Shown here: one piece after another, positions 24,163 through 37,142 of the stretch | Position numbering within the stretch: position 1 is the stretch's first letter | Layout: each line of letters opens with the position of its first letter | Origin: Eledone cirrhosa | Taxonomy: Eukaryota | Reading direction: 5' to 3' | Assembly (NCBI GenBank): GCA_964016885.1 | Contig: OZ024756.1 | Span: forward strand, 868,001-932,000 | Length of the DNA stretch: 64,000 bases | Translations under genes and position numbers: made by a program | The notes under the pieces: generated by a model | The model's input: only the letters and a program-made list of their open reading frames with translations | The model's database searches: none | What the model was told of the DNA's origin: nothing

Positions 24163-24780
24163 AAAGCTACTGAACTAGGACATATTGGTGTGTGTGGTGT
24201 CAAGACATCAACCATGAGGTCACTAGAGCTACTGAACTAGGACATATTGGTGTGTGTGGTGTCAAGACATCAACCACAAGGTCACTAAAGCTACTGGACT
24301 AGGACATATTGGTGTGTGTGGTGTCAAGACATCAACCACAAGGTCACTAAAGCTACTGGACTAGGACATATTGGTGTGTGTGGTGTCAAGACATCAACCA
24401 CAAGGTCACTAAAGCTACTTGACTAGGACATATTGGTGTGTGTGTGGTGTCAAGACATCAACCATGAGGTCACTAGAGCTACTGGACTAGGACATATTGG
24501 TGTATGTGGTGTCAAGACATCAACCACAGGGTCTCTAAAGCAACTGAACTAGGACATATTGGTGTATGTGGTGTCAAGACATCAACCATGAGGTCACTAG
24601 AGCTACTGGACTAGGACATATTGGTGTATGTGGTGTCAAGACATCAACCACAGGGTCTCTAAAGCTACTGAACTAGGACATATTGGTGTATGTGGTGTCA
24701 ATACATCAACCACAGGGTCACTAAAGCTACTGGACTAGGACATATTGGTGTGTGTGTGGTGTCAAGACATCAACCACAAA
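24163..24780. repeat. 62-bp minisatellite (~10 copies)
   Basis: Unit aaagctactggactaggacatattggtgtgtgtggtgtcaagacatcaaccacaaggtcact. Confidence 0.95.
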
Positions 24781-25345
24781 GCCACAGATATATCTTGACC
24801 CTATATTTGCTCCAGAATCTCTGAGAAAGGCTCAAGGTCACTGCACTACTTTCCACCTCAAGGGCACTGATCTCCTTCCCTCGATTGGGTTATTAAAAAC
24901 AATGTATATGAATGAATGTTAAAGGGATTGATTGTTAGGTCATTGGATGTGTGTTCTGGGTCTCTGTGTTCTGAGTTCAAATCCTGCCAAGGTCACACTA
25001 TGCTTTTCATCCTTTCATGGTCAATAAAGAATGTACCAGTACCAGTCCAGTGATGGTGTGGCCTTCTTTCTCTCCTTCCAGCTACCATATCCTAGATGAG
25101 GGTTGAGACAGTGCCCCTGTCTGACCAGTCCAGTGATGGTGCAGCCCCCTCTCTCATTCCAGCAGTCACACCCTGGATGTTCTGCTAGATCAGAAGAGAG
25201 AGGGTTATGTGGGATCCCTGTTTGACCCGAAAAACTCTCTGTGAAAGCATGGTACATACTACTAAGTCATACTCAATTGCAAGTGATGGCTGTAGTAGTA
25301 GTAGTAGTAGTAGTAGTGGCAGAAGTAGTAGGTGTAGTAGTAGTG

Positions 25346-25389
<44 letters not shown>

Positions 25390-25499
25390 GGCAGTAATAG
25401 CAGTAGTGGTAGTAGTATTAGTAGGTGTAGTAGTAGTAGTAGTAGTAGTAGTGGCAGTAGTTTACATAAACGAATGCATAGTCATTATAAATCATTTGT

Positions 25500-26300
25500 T
25501 CCAAAACTATGTCACATCACTTTAGTATGTTAATAATCTGTGTCACAAAACTATATCACAGCACTTTAGTACGTTGATAATCTGTGTCACAAAACTGTAT
25601 GTCACAATGCTTTAGTATGTTAATCTGTGTCACCTAATTGTATGTCACAAAACTGTATGTCACAGCACTTTAATATGTTAATCTGTGTGTCAGAAAACTG
25701 TATGTCACAACACTTTAGTATGTTGATAATCTGTGTCACAAAACTGTGCCACAACACTTTAGTATGTTAATCTGTGTGTCAGAAAACTGTATGTCACAAC
25801 ACTTTAGTATGTTGATAATCTGTGTCACAAAACTGTGCCACAACACTTTAGTATGTTAATCTGTGTGTCAGAAAACTGTATGTCACAACACTTTAGTATG
25901 TTGATAATCTGTGTCACAAAACTGTGTCACAGCATTTTATGTTGATAATCTGTCACAAAACTATCACAACACTTTAGTATGTTAATCTGTGTGTCAGAAA
26001 ACTGTATGTCACAACACTTTAGTATGTTGATAATCTGTGTCACAAAACTGTGTCACAGCATTTTATGTTGATAATCTGTCACAAAACTATCACAACACTT
26101 TAGTATGTTAATCTGTGTCACCAAACTGTGTCACAACACTTTAGTATGTTAATCTCTGTGTCACAAAACTGCCACAACACTTTAGTATGTTAATCTCTGT
26201 GTTACAAAACTGTATGTCACAACACTTTAGTATATTCATAATGTGTGTCACAAAACACTGTGTCACAACACTTTAGTATGTGGATAATCTGTGTCACAAA
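25500..26300. repeat. Degenerate ~35-45-bp minisatellite
   Basis: Recurring tgtcacaacactttagtatgttgataatctgtgtcacaaaac. Confidence 0.9.
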
Positions 26301-26923
26301 TTAACTAAAATTTCATTAATTTCTAAGAGTGGAAACATTTTATTTCCACCTTTAAAAGATTTGTTTTTACATATTTTGTTGTTTTCTGTCATCTCTTTAT
26401 CTTTTCTGTCACTTACTCTCCCTCTTTCTCTGTCTCACCCACACACTCTCTCTCTGTCACACTTGTACTTTCTCTGTCTCACCCTCTCTCTCTCTCTCTC
26501 TTCCACTCACTCATTTACTCTCTCCCACTCTCACTCATTTACTCTCTCCCACTCTCACTCATTTACTCTCTCCCACTCTTACTCATTTACTCTCTCCCAC
26601 TCTCACTCATTTACTCTCTCCCACTCTCTCTCTATCTCACTCATTTACTCTCTCACACATTTACTCTCTCCCACTCTCACTCATTTACTCTCTCCCACTC
26701 TCATTCATTTACTCTCTCCCTCCCTCACTCATTTACTTTCTCCCTCTCTCACTCATTTACTCTCTCTCTCTCACTCATTTACTCTCTCTCTCACTCATTT
26801 ACTCTCTCTCACCCTCTATCACCCACCCACTCTCTCTATCATCCACCCACTCTCTCTATCACCTACCCACACTCTCTCTACCACCCACTCACTCTCTCTA
26901 TATCTCTCCTCCTCCTCCTCTAG

Positions 26924-26986
26924 ACACTTGTCAAAGAGATGGTGGAATCAGACATGAAGATGATGAATTCCAACCCTAATGCCTAA
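26924..26986 (+). CDS. GMDS: GMDS last coding exon with stop codon
   Basis: Pyrimidine tract plus tag|ACA. Translates TLVKEMVESDMKMMNSNPNA*, matching the animal GMDS C-terminus LVREMV..D..LM..NPNA. Confidence 0.93.
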   Translation, partial: TLVKEMVESDMKMMNSNPNA

Positions 26987-27040
26987 AAGGTAAATATACT
27001 TTGAATTTTATTTTGTTTCATTTCCTTAGTTTCCTATTTA

Positions 27041-28140
27041 ACCTGCTTCATGGTTGAGTGGTCAAGGACAAAACAGGTCCCGCCCCCACCAGAGCCTGGT
27101 CAGGTGAAGGAGGCCAAGTGGAACCTATGTAACTCAGTATTACCTGCTTCATGGTTGAGTGGTCAAGGACAAAACAGGTCCCGCCCCCACCAGAGCCTGG
27201 TCAGGTGAAGGAGGCCAAGTGGAACCTATGTAACTCAGTATTACCTGCTTCATGGTTGAGTGGTCAAGGACAAAACAGGTCCCGCCCCCACCAGAGCCTG
27301 GTCAGGTGAAGGAGGCCAAGTGGAACCTATGTAACTCAGTATTACCTGCTTCATGGTTGAGTGGTCAAGGACAAAACAGGTCCCGCCCCCACCAGAGCCT
27401 GGTCAGGTGAAGGAGGCCAAGTGGAACCTATGTAACTCAGTATTACCTGCTTCATGGTTGAGTGGTCAAGGACAAAACAGGTCCCTCCCCCACCAGAGCC
27501 TGGTCAGGTGAAGGAGGCCAAGTGGAACCTATGTAACTCAGTATAACCTGCTTCATGGTTGAGTGGTCAAGGACAAAACAGGTCCCTCCCCCACCAGAGC
27601 CTGGTCAGGTGAAGGAGGCCAAGTGGAACCTATGTAACTCAGTATAACCTGCTTCATGGTTGAGTGGTCAAGGACAAAACAGGTCCCTCCCCCACCAGAG
27701 CCTGGTCAGGTGAAGGAGGCCAAGTGGAACCTATGTAACTCAGTATAACCTGCTTCATGGTTGAGTGGTCAAGGACAAAACAGGTCCCTCCCCCACCAGA
27801 GCCTGGTCAGGTGAAGGAGGCCAAGTGGAACCTATGTAACTCAGTATAACCTGCTTCATGGTTGAGTGGTCAAGGACAAAACAGGTCCCTCCCCCACCAG
27901 AGCCTGGTCAGGTGAAGGAGGCCAAGTGGAACCTATGTAACTCAGTATAACCTGCTTCATGGTTGAGTGGTCAATGACGAAACAGGTCCCTCCCCCACCA
28001 GAGCCTGGTCAGGTGAAGGAGGCCAAGTGGAACCTATGTAACTCAGTATAACCTGCTTCATGGTTGAGTGGTCAATGACGAAACAGGCCCCTCCCCCCAC
28101 CAGGCACTGGTCAGATGAGGAAGGTAAGTGGAATCCCAGC
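27041..28140. repeat. 101-bp tandem repeat (~11 copies) just downstream of the GMDS stop
   Basis: acctgcttcatggttgagtggtc recurs at 27041, 27142, 27243 and onward. Confidence 0.95.
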
Positions 28141-28366
28141 AGTACAAAAGACAAGAGCTATTAAAAGGACGGATGAACTCGTTTGTTCAACTTTGCTTTT
28201 CATCCATTTAGAGTGGGTGGGTGGTGTTGATAATACCATTGGTCAGGTTTCTGCCTGCTACTAATATCATGTAACCCAGTACAACCTGCTTCATGGTCCA
28301 GTGGTCCGTGACTCCCCCACAACACCTTGCTCTCGTTAAGTCAGGCTCATGTCTGTTACTGGTACC

Positions 28367-28772
28367 ATCATCATCACTGTTTTACGTCCGTTCTTCCACG
28401 CTAGCATGGGTTAGACAGGTTGTCCCATTGTGGGCAGTAGCCAGTCGGCTGACCATGTCTTGCTCATATGGGAACTGATTCTGGCTTGATTTCTACAGCT
28501 GCATGCCCGTCCTAACACCAACCTCATTTACAGTGAGTGCTGGGTGCTTTTATCCGTGGTGCCTACACGTCCACTTTATAGTGTGGATTGGGTGCTTTTT
28601 TGTTGTGACACCTCCATGACTACTTGCATCTCATTTCTACAGCTGAGTAAACTGGAGCAATGTGAAATAAAGTGTCTTGCTCAAGAACACAACATATCAC
28701 CCTGTCTGAGAATTGAACTCACAACCTTTCGCTTGCAAGCCCAATGCTTTAACCACTAAGCCATGTGCCTCC
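28367..28772 (-). mobile_element. SINE family B copy
   Basis: Reverse complement of the 17544-type element (ttaaccactaagccatg at its 5' end, catcatcatca tail). Confidence 0.8.
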
Positions 28773-29019
28773 ATGTAACCCAATATAACCTACTTCATGT
28801 TTGAGTGGTTGGCAACTAACCCGGTTCCCCCAGCAGACCCTTATCTAGTGACAAAGTTAAGTGGAACCCTCAGCAACACATTAAACAAGAGCTATTAAAG
28901 GGGCAGTCAATGACCATCGACCCCTTCTATGGGTTAAATAGCCTCACCAAACCACAATTAGCCAAACGTAGTGAGTACAGCTACACCTCTGTGACCAAAA
29001 CCAAACAGAAAGCAGTGGA

Positions 29020-29365
29020 GCTCAACCAGGGAGGGGTTTCTCCAACAGGTGTGAGAAGGCTCTGAATTGGAGGTCAACAGGGAGGGGTTCTCCAACAGGT
29101 GTGAGAAGGCTCTGGAGAGGATATTCTTGCAGTAGGGGTCGACCAGGGAGGAGTTCTCCCAACAGGTGTGAGAAGGCCCTGGGTTGAAAGTCAACCAGGG
29201 AGGGGTTCTCCAACTGGTGTGAGAAGGCCCTGGAGAGGATATTCTTGCAGTAGGGGTCGACCAGGGAGTAGTTCTTCCAACAGGTGTGAGAAGGCCCTGG
29301 AGAGGAGGTCAACAGGGAGGGGTCCTCCAACTGGTGTGAGAAGGCCCTGGAGAGGATATTCTTGT
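29020..29365. repeat. Compound tandem repeat with ~55-65-bp alternating units
   Basis: caacaggtgtgagaaggccctggagagg recurs six times. Confidence 0.85.
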
Positions 29366-29481
29366 GGCATTAGAATGCCTGATAGAATACTTTGCAGTAT
29401 TTGTTTCGTCTCTGAGTTCAAATCCCATCAATGTCAACTCTGCCTTTCATCAGCATGTTTTCAAATTTTTTTGTTTTTATT

Positions 29482-29668
29482 TTGGCAGTAATCGGTAGAG
29501 GGTCGGACGCCATGCTTTGCAGCACAGAGTTACGGCCCTTTACGGTCTGAGTTCAAATCCCGCCAAAGTTAACTTTTCCTTTCATCCTTACGGGGTCGAT
29601 AAAATAAAGTACCAGTAATACACTGGGATAATTGCTGGCCTTGTGCCAAAAGTAGAAACAATTATTAT
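29482..29668 (+). mobile_element. SINE family A copy
   Basis: A and B boxes, core and tail as above. Confidence 0.85.
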
Positions 29669-30806
29669 TTAATAAATAATTTCTCTTCAAATTTTGTGTA
29701 TTTTCAGATTGATATCTGTGGCATCCATTAAAGGTTGTTTGTTTTGCAATATTGAGGGTAGGGCCTGGAATTTCCCCCCATTTTTACAGGAAGACATGGT
29801 CACTTACAAATTATTGGTTACACTGCTGTTAATCTCTAATTTAGACATTTCACCCCACACCACACCCCTTCCTCCACTGTTTCCTTGACCATGTCTCACT
29901 TCAACAACAACAACAACAGTGGTAGTATTGTCTGTGGTAGCCAGTGGCTAACAGGTGTCCTTTTATATATCATCTCTCTTGCTCATGTGGTATCTCTCTC
30001 TCTCTCATGTGCTGTCTCTCTCTCTCTCTCATGTGCTGTCTCTTTCTCTCTCATTCTGCCTCTCTCTCTCTCTCATGCTGTCTCTCTTTCTCTCTCATGT
30101 GCTGTCTCTTTCTCTCTCTCATGTAGTGTCTCTCTCTCTCTCTCTCATGTGGTATCTCTCTCTCTCTCATGTGCTGTCTCTCCCTCTCTCTCATTCTGCC
30201 TCTCTCTCTCTCTCTCATGCTGTCTCTCTTTCTCTCTCATTCTGCCTATCTTTCTCTCTCATTCTGCCTCTCTCTCTCTCATTCTGTCTCTGTCCATCAT
30301 TAGTACTACTAATATTTCAATAGGGGTTGCCATGTGTGGATTGACCAGGTGGTAGTATTAAAGGGAACTAAGACATTGTGATTCCTACAAGTACACAGGG
30401 TTCTTTACTACTACTACTACTATTACTACTACTACTAGTACTACTACTAGTACTACTACTACTACAACTACTTGCTCACTTACCCCTCATTCCTCTCTCA
30501 TAAACTGATGGTAAGTATTAAACATCTCTGACCACAGGGAGCTTCAGCATGGCCTTAGCTAAAACAAATTTGTCAGACAATAAGATCCATCAATGGGTTT
30601 TATTTACTCCTGTAATGATTTAACAGAGAATATATAAAAAAATGTGTTTGTTAATTCCAATGTTTATAGTATCTTTACTAGTTGACAGATTGTAAAAAGA
30701 CTTTAATATTTAATGTGGGGCAAGTGTTAGTGTTGCATCATGTGTCTTTTGGAAGGATGTCCTGCTAATGTGGTTTCATGTGGTACAGTTAAAAAAGTCT
30801 TATTAA

Positions 30807-31504
30807 CCCTTTAGTGTTCAAAACCGGTCAGAATTCTCTACCTCTTTCTGTTGAAACTGGCTGTAACTGGTCGTTCAAACTGTATATAAATACTTTCAAA
30901 ATCTCATAGATTCGATATTATGTGAGATAATTATGTGAGGTAAAGCCTTTACCATGAAAATACAATAGTATATATAGAGTAATGTGAATGTTATGTGAGA
31001 TATTATGTGAGGTAAAGCCTTTACCATGAAAATACAATAGTATATATAGAGTAATGTAAATGTTATGTGAGATATTATGTGAGGTAAAGCCTTTACTATG
31101 AAAATACAATAGTATATATAGAGTAATGTGAATGTTATGTGAGATAATTATGTGTGATAAAGCCTTTACCATGAAAATACAATAGTATATATAGAGTAAT
31201 GTAAATGTTATGTGAGATATTATGTGAGGTAAAGCCTTTACCATGAAAATACAATAGTATATATAGAGTAATGTGAATGTTATGTGAGATAATTATGTGT
31301 GATAAAGCCTTTACCATGAAAATACAATAGTATATATAGAGTAATGTAAATGTTATGTGAGATATTATGTGAGGTAAAGCCTTTACCATGAAAATACAAT
31401 AGTATATATAGAGTAATGTGAATGTTATGTGAGATATTATGTGAGGTAAAGCCTTTACCATGAAAATATAATAGTATATATAGGGTAATGTAAATGGTAA
31501 AGGG
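30807..31504. mobile_element. piggyBac-like MITE with internal ~72-bp tandem expansion (~8 copies)
   Basis: TTAA|CCCTTTAG ... TAAAGGG|TTAA ends. Same family as 35934-36153. Subterminal segment amplified at 30918-31490. Confidence 0.8.
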
Positions 31505-31837
31505 TTAATAGCCTGACAATGAATAAGACCAGTAACATTCTTAAAGACGGTGACACTAGTAGAATTAGTTAATAGCTCTTAAAAGTCATTAAAGTCCTGT
31601 ACCACATGAAACCCTATTAGCAAAACAACTCTATGACTGCATCATATTAACAATGAAAGTCTTCACTGAAACACTGTAAATTTTCACAACAATCTGTCCA
31701 CTAATAAAGCCGCTATAAACATTTGAATTAACTCATTTTTAGATATTTTATAAATTATTACAGGAAGATTAAAGTTAATAGGCTATTGTCTCCAGCAGGA
31801 TCAATCAACATACTTTATTAATTATGTAGCTGTGCCA

Positions 31838-32055
31838 GTGGATTGGCAGTAATCGGTAGAGCGTCGGACAACATGCTTTGTGCCATAGAGTTACGGCCTT
31901 TTACGTTCTGAGTTCAAATCCTGCTGCTGAGGTTAGCTTTGCCTTTCATCCTGAAGAGGTCGATAAATAAAGTACCAGTCACGCACTGGGGTCGATTTAA
32001 TCAGATTTCCTCTTCTCCGAAAATTGCTGGCCTTGTGCCTATATCAGAAACCTTT
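31838..32055 (+). mobile_element. SINE family A copy (longer subtype)
   Basis: A and B boxes, core, ctggggtcgatttaat insert and tail. Confidence 0.75.
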
Positions 32056-32573
32056 AATTATACAGCTGTGGACTGAAAGTGAAAAGAAGTGCCTTGCTCA
32101 AGGATATAACACAGTCTGGGGCTCAAACCTACACCCTTATGATAGTGAGATCAACACCCTAGCCTCTAGGCTGCATGCCTTTCAGTTAAGAAGTCGGGGG
32201 GGAGGGAGTCAGTAATTTACCTTCCTTTTGAAATAGATAAGTGTTAGTGACTTCGAAGTTTCAGCTCTGTTGCTTCATCTGACTGCTGCTTGTGGTGGCA
32301 TCAGACATATTTATATAAGTTTATGTTAGGTCTGAGCAATAGTAGTAGTAGTGGTGGTAATAGTGGTGGTGGTGGTGCTGGTGGTAGTAGTTGTAGAAGG
32401 TAGTGCGGGTGTGTGTGTGTGGGGCGGGGTTTAGAAAATATATTTCTAATGGAGTACCAGATGTGTGTGTGTATGTGCATGTATGTGTTTGTGTATGTAT
32501 ATGTATGTATTTATGTATATATCTGAATGTATATGTAAATATATATGTATGTATATATCTTAATGTATATGTA

Positions 32574-32659
<86 letters not shown>

Positions 32660-32889
32660 GACATATATACATATACATACATATATATATATTGGTTTAT
32701 GTTAGTTGTCCCAATACATCCTAAATCTTGTTTAAACAAAACCCCGCACAAATAAAAACAAGACTGATAAACACAATATATGTTGAACCCTAAACTGTAC
32801 TCAGTGACCTCAATCCCCCTCCCCCCCTCCCACCATTTATAATATTTTATTTTATTTTTTTATTCTTCAATCCCCATTTCATCTGTCTC

Positions 32890-32922
<33 letters not shown>

Positions 32923-33053
32923 GTCTGTCTGTCTGTCTGCTTGTCTCTCTGTCTGTCTCTCTGTCTGTCTGTCTCTCTGTCTGTCTATCTGTCTCTCTGT
33001 CTGTCTCTCTGTCTCTCTGTCCAATCTGTCTAATTCTTTTATTTGCCACAGGG

Positions 33054-33094
<41 letters not shown>

Positions 33095-33285
33095 ACATAA
33101 CAATAACAACAACAATAATAACAACAACTACAACAATAATAATAGTATTATCATCATTTATTTTTTTTTATTTTTGGTATTTCAGTTTAGCATATTGATG
33201 AGGAAAGAAAAAGATCTGATATAGTTGTTGTTGTTGTTGTTGTTGCTGTTCTTATTTTTTGTTTTTATTATTTCTTATCATTATT

Positions 33286-33525
33286 GGATTGGCAGAGTCG
33301 GTAGAGCGCCAGAGAAATGCGGGGTGCAGTATTTGCTCTGGTTCCTTAACATTCTGTGTTCAAATCCTGTTGAGGTCAACTTTGCCTTTCGTCTTTTCGG
33401 GGAGGTCAATGAAATAAAGTACCAGTCATACACTGGGGTTGATGTAATCAACATTACACTAGCCGCCTAACCCCCACCCCCACCCCGCCCGCCCCCGAAT
33501 TGCTGGCCTTGTGCCAAAATTAGGT
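33286..33525 (+). mobile_element. SINE family A copy (diverged)
   Basis: tggcagagtcggtagagc, gttcaaatcc, gcctttcgtcttttcggggaggtcaatgaaataaagtaccag. Confidence 0.75.
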
Positions 33526-33707
33526 TTCATTATGGTTTGTACATTTCTTATACATGGTACATTTCTTATACACGATACTGTAACAAGGAGTTAAATGAGA
33601 CGTTGACGTATGTGACATGCAAATTATGGGTGCGTGTGTATGTGTAAGTCTGTGTGTGTGTGTGTGTGAGATTTGTTGGGGCTTTTCTTATTGGGTTTTT
33701 AAATTCA

Positions 33708-33738
<31 letters not shown>

Positions 33739-34009
33739 GCAATTAGTGATGTTGATAATTATAATATTGATTTTCAACTTTGACATGGAGCTTCTTGTAA
33801 TTGTAAGGAAATGGTGTATGTCAGATTAACTCTTAAAGTCCTGTACCACATCAAAATATATGAATCTCAATTATTGGATGGATGAATTAACAGCTGATAA
33901 AAATATTGTTTTTGAAAATATTTGTAATGTATGACAAGGTTTGTTACTAATTTCATTTAATTTATTAACATTTTTTTTTCTTTACATCATATATTCTGAG
34001 ATTTCTCTT

Positions 34010-34340
34010 CGCTTATTTATGAGGGTCATCATCGGGTAGAATCTTCAGACATGCCTTCTGGATGGTCCTCACATACCTTCCATGGTGTCCTAACTGAAGT
34101 AACAGTCTCCAAATGATCTGACTGGATCTCCAAGTGAGGTCATCTGATCTGTAATAGGTCAGATGTTATCCGTCTTGCTCATTTTCTGCCTCAACTTCTG
34201 ACGGTTGGCTTTTGCCTGTAAAATTCAATCCAGCAAATTTGTCCTTAGACATTCTAAGCCCATGTCTGTATTACCGGAACTGTGATCTCTTGAAGTAGTC
34301 ACTCTATGTGGAACTATGCACCCTGTTGAGAGTCATTACT
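34010..34340 (-). mobile_element. Old degenerate RTE 3' fragment
   Basis: Reverse complement aligns by eye with 1975-2180 (attttacagg.aaaa.c.aac, cttgg.gatccag.cagatca.ttggaga, gaccctc...aataag). Confidence 0.6.
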
Positions 34341-34759
34341 CCAAAAACACTTCGGAGGAACCCTATGTTGGCAGCTTGTGTTTCTCATTGAATTCTTTGT
34401 CGTATATTTTCAGTGTAACTTTTTCATTTTTTTTTTTGTGCAAGTTAGGAAAAAATGGTAATAAACGACAATGTTAGAGATAAGTGACTGTTTGTGTACT
34501 CAATGCTAGTTGTTTAGATAATTGACTACATCACATTAGATATTAAAGTCTTTAGACTAATACTACAAATTTACACATATACTATAAACATTTTAAATAA
34601 CAAACTATAAACATTTAAAATAACAAACCTATTTTTAGATACATTTTCTGTTAAATCCTTACAGGATGTTAAGAGTTAGTGGAATAAACACAGCAAACCC
34701 ACAATTATGGTTTTATACCAAATTTTAGAACATTATTATTAAAGAGCAGTATTATTAAA

Positions 34760-35379
34760 GAGGGTCAGGCGCCATGCTTTGCAGCACAGTTACGTCCCTT
34801 TATGGACTGAGTACAAATCCCGCCGAGGTTAACTTTGCCTTTCATCCTTATGGGGTCGATAAAATAAAGTACCAGTAATACACTGGAGTAATTGCTGGCC
34901 TTGTGCTTAAAGTAGAAACAATTATTATTAACCCTCATGTCAGCAGAAAATAAGAGACTTAACCATTATGAAGGAAATTATTATTATCATTATCATTGTT
35001 GTTTTTGTTGTTGGTATTATTATTATTTTTATTATTATTATTATTAAAGGCGGTGGATTGGCAGTATCGGTAGAGGGTCGGATGCAATGCTTTTAAGCAT
35101 AGAGTTACCTCCCTTTATGATCTGAGTTCAAATCCCGCCGAGGTTAACTTTGCCTTTCATCCTTCTGGGGTCGATAAAATAAAGTACCAGTAATGTACTG
35201 GGGTAATTGCTGGCCTTGTGCCAAAAGTAGAAACAATTATTATTATTATTACTGAGTTTAGCTTTGCCTTTCATCCTTACAGGGTCGATAAAATAAAGTA
35301 CCAGTAATACACTGGGGTCGATTTAATTGACTTTTCCCCACTCCTCCAAAATTGCTGGCCTTGTGCCTATAGTAGAAAC

Positions 35380-35385
<6 letters not shown>
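34760..35385 (+). mobile_element. Cluster of three SINE family A copies or fragments (34760-34925, 35048-35245, 35256-35385)
   Basis: Repeated core and tail, each followed by (ATT)n. Confidence 0.85.
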
Positions 35386-35421
<36 letters not shown>

Positions 35422-35933
35422 GTATAACAGAAAACATATTTGGGAGAATTGGTAACAAAAATGAAAAAAAAAAAAAATGGATAAAAAAAAAATTAAATAA
35501 AGGAAACAAATAAATTAATGTATTTATATTTGTCTGAGTTATTTCTGGGAGTTGGTTTCTGCCGACAGAAGGATGGTGGTGTTGCATGGCCTAGTGGTTG
35601 GGCTGCAACCTAAACCACTAGGCCATGCAGTGGTTTGCCGATAAAGTTCTCTCTTCAATCAACATTCTAAGAAAGAAAAAAAAATAAAAAAAATTCTGGG
35701 GTCCTTACTATAAACTCTTTAACCCTTTAGTTACCAACCTGGCCAAAACCAACTCTGGTTCTATGAAATAAAACCACCCATTTCAAAGATATCCAAATTA
35801 AAATCTTCCAACATGATTTTATATAAAAACCTTACATTAAACCTTTAGCATTTAAACCAGCCATATCCGGCCAGAATTTTCTCACCTCTTTCTGTTCAAA
35901 CTGGCCATAACTGCCAGCTCATACTGACATTAA

Positions 35934-36153
35934 CCCTTTAGCATTCACATTACTCTATATATACTATTATATTTTCATGGTAAAGGCTTTACCTCGCATA
36001 ATTATCTCACATAATATCGAATCTATGAGATTTTGAAAGGATTTATTTTGAGAACAATACCTTAACATCAGTTTGAGTGACCAGTTACAACCAGTTTCAA
36101 CAGAAAAAGGTAGAGAATTCTGGCCGGTTTTGGCCGGTTTGAACATTAAAGGA
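35934..36153. mobile_element. piggyBac-like MITE (220 bp) with TTAA target duplication
   Basis: TTAA at 35930-35933 and 36154-36157, with CCCTTTAG...TTAAAGGA ends. Confidence 0.8.
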
Positions 36154-36205
36154 TTAAGGTATTGTTCTCAAAATAAATAACATCAAAATCTCATAGATTC
36201 GATAT

Positions 36206-36480
36206 TCATCATCATCATCATCGTTTAACGTTTATCTTCCACGCTAGCATGGGTTTAGACGGGAATTGTCTCACTTGAGGCAAGATTGGTCGTCTCGCTC
36301 GTATAGGACTGTCTGGCAGGTTTTCTACGGCCGGATGCTCTTCCTGACACCAACCACGTTTACAGTGTGGACTGGGAGGTTTTTACTGTGTTACCTACAC
36401 GGACACATTTACAGTATGGACTGTGTTTTTTTTGTCGTGACACCTACACGACCTCATTTATTTAGGACTGGATGTTGTGG
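36206..36480 (-). mobile_element. SINE family B-related 3' fragment
   Basis: catcatcatc tail, ttccacgctagcatgggt and tttctacggccggatgctcttcctgacaccaacc, as in 28367-28540. Confidence 0.65.
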
Positions 36481-37142
36481 TATCAACATAACTTTACAGA
36501 GAAAGGGGTGGTATTGATGGGGGTGGGGGAGTTAGGGTAGTGGGATGGGTGTATATTTGATTAAGAGGTGTCTACTGACTAGGTTTCACTTTGTACATAG
36601 GCAAGGCGGGTTTTCTGTATTACTGCATGTGAGATATTTATGTAAGATAAAGCCTTTACCACAAAAATACAGTAGTATATATAGAGGAATGAAAATACTA
36701 AAGGGTTAGTTACTATTTTAGTAATGAAATAATTTTAGTAAATCCCTCCAAATTCTTCATTAATTAATTGAAATAGAGGGTTCTTATTTTAATTAAATCA
36801 CAACACTTTTTTTTTTAAAGTTGACCCCTCCTCCCCACTTTTGTAAAAGAAATGTTTCAAATTAGTACCAGTTATGTACTGAAGTTACTATCAACTTTCC
36901 CCTTCCTTCCCCAAATTGCTGGCCTTGTGCCTAAATCTGAAACAAATATTTTTATACAAAACAATTTTGCAATATCGTTAAAATGAAATTTTAAAATGAT
37001 TCCACAATAAAGTCTAATCCATGCTAGCGTGGAAGATAGATGTTAAACGATGATGATGAATTGTAATTGGAATAATTAAGAATAGAAGCTTATATGGAAA
37101 TATATATATGCTATGTTTATATATAACATACTCTCGCTGTAT

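Larger units (their letters stand above)
35841..36705. mobile_element. Older piggyBac-like MITE interrupted by a younger copy of its own family and by a SINE fragment
   Basis: Pieces 35841-35929, 36158-36205 and ~36628-36705 reconstruct the family consensus, ending ctaaaggg|ttag. Confidence 0.7.
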
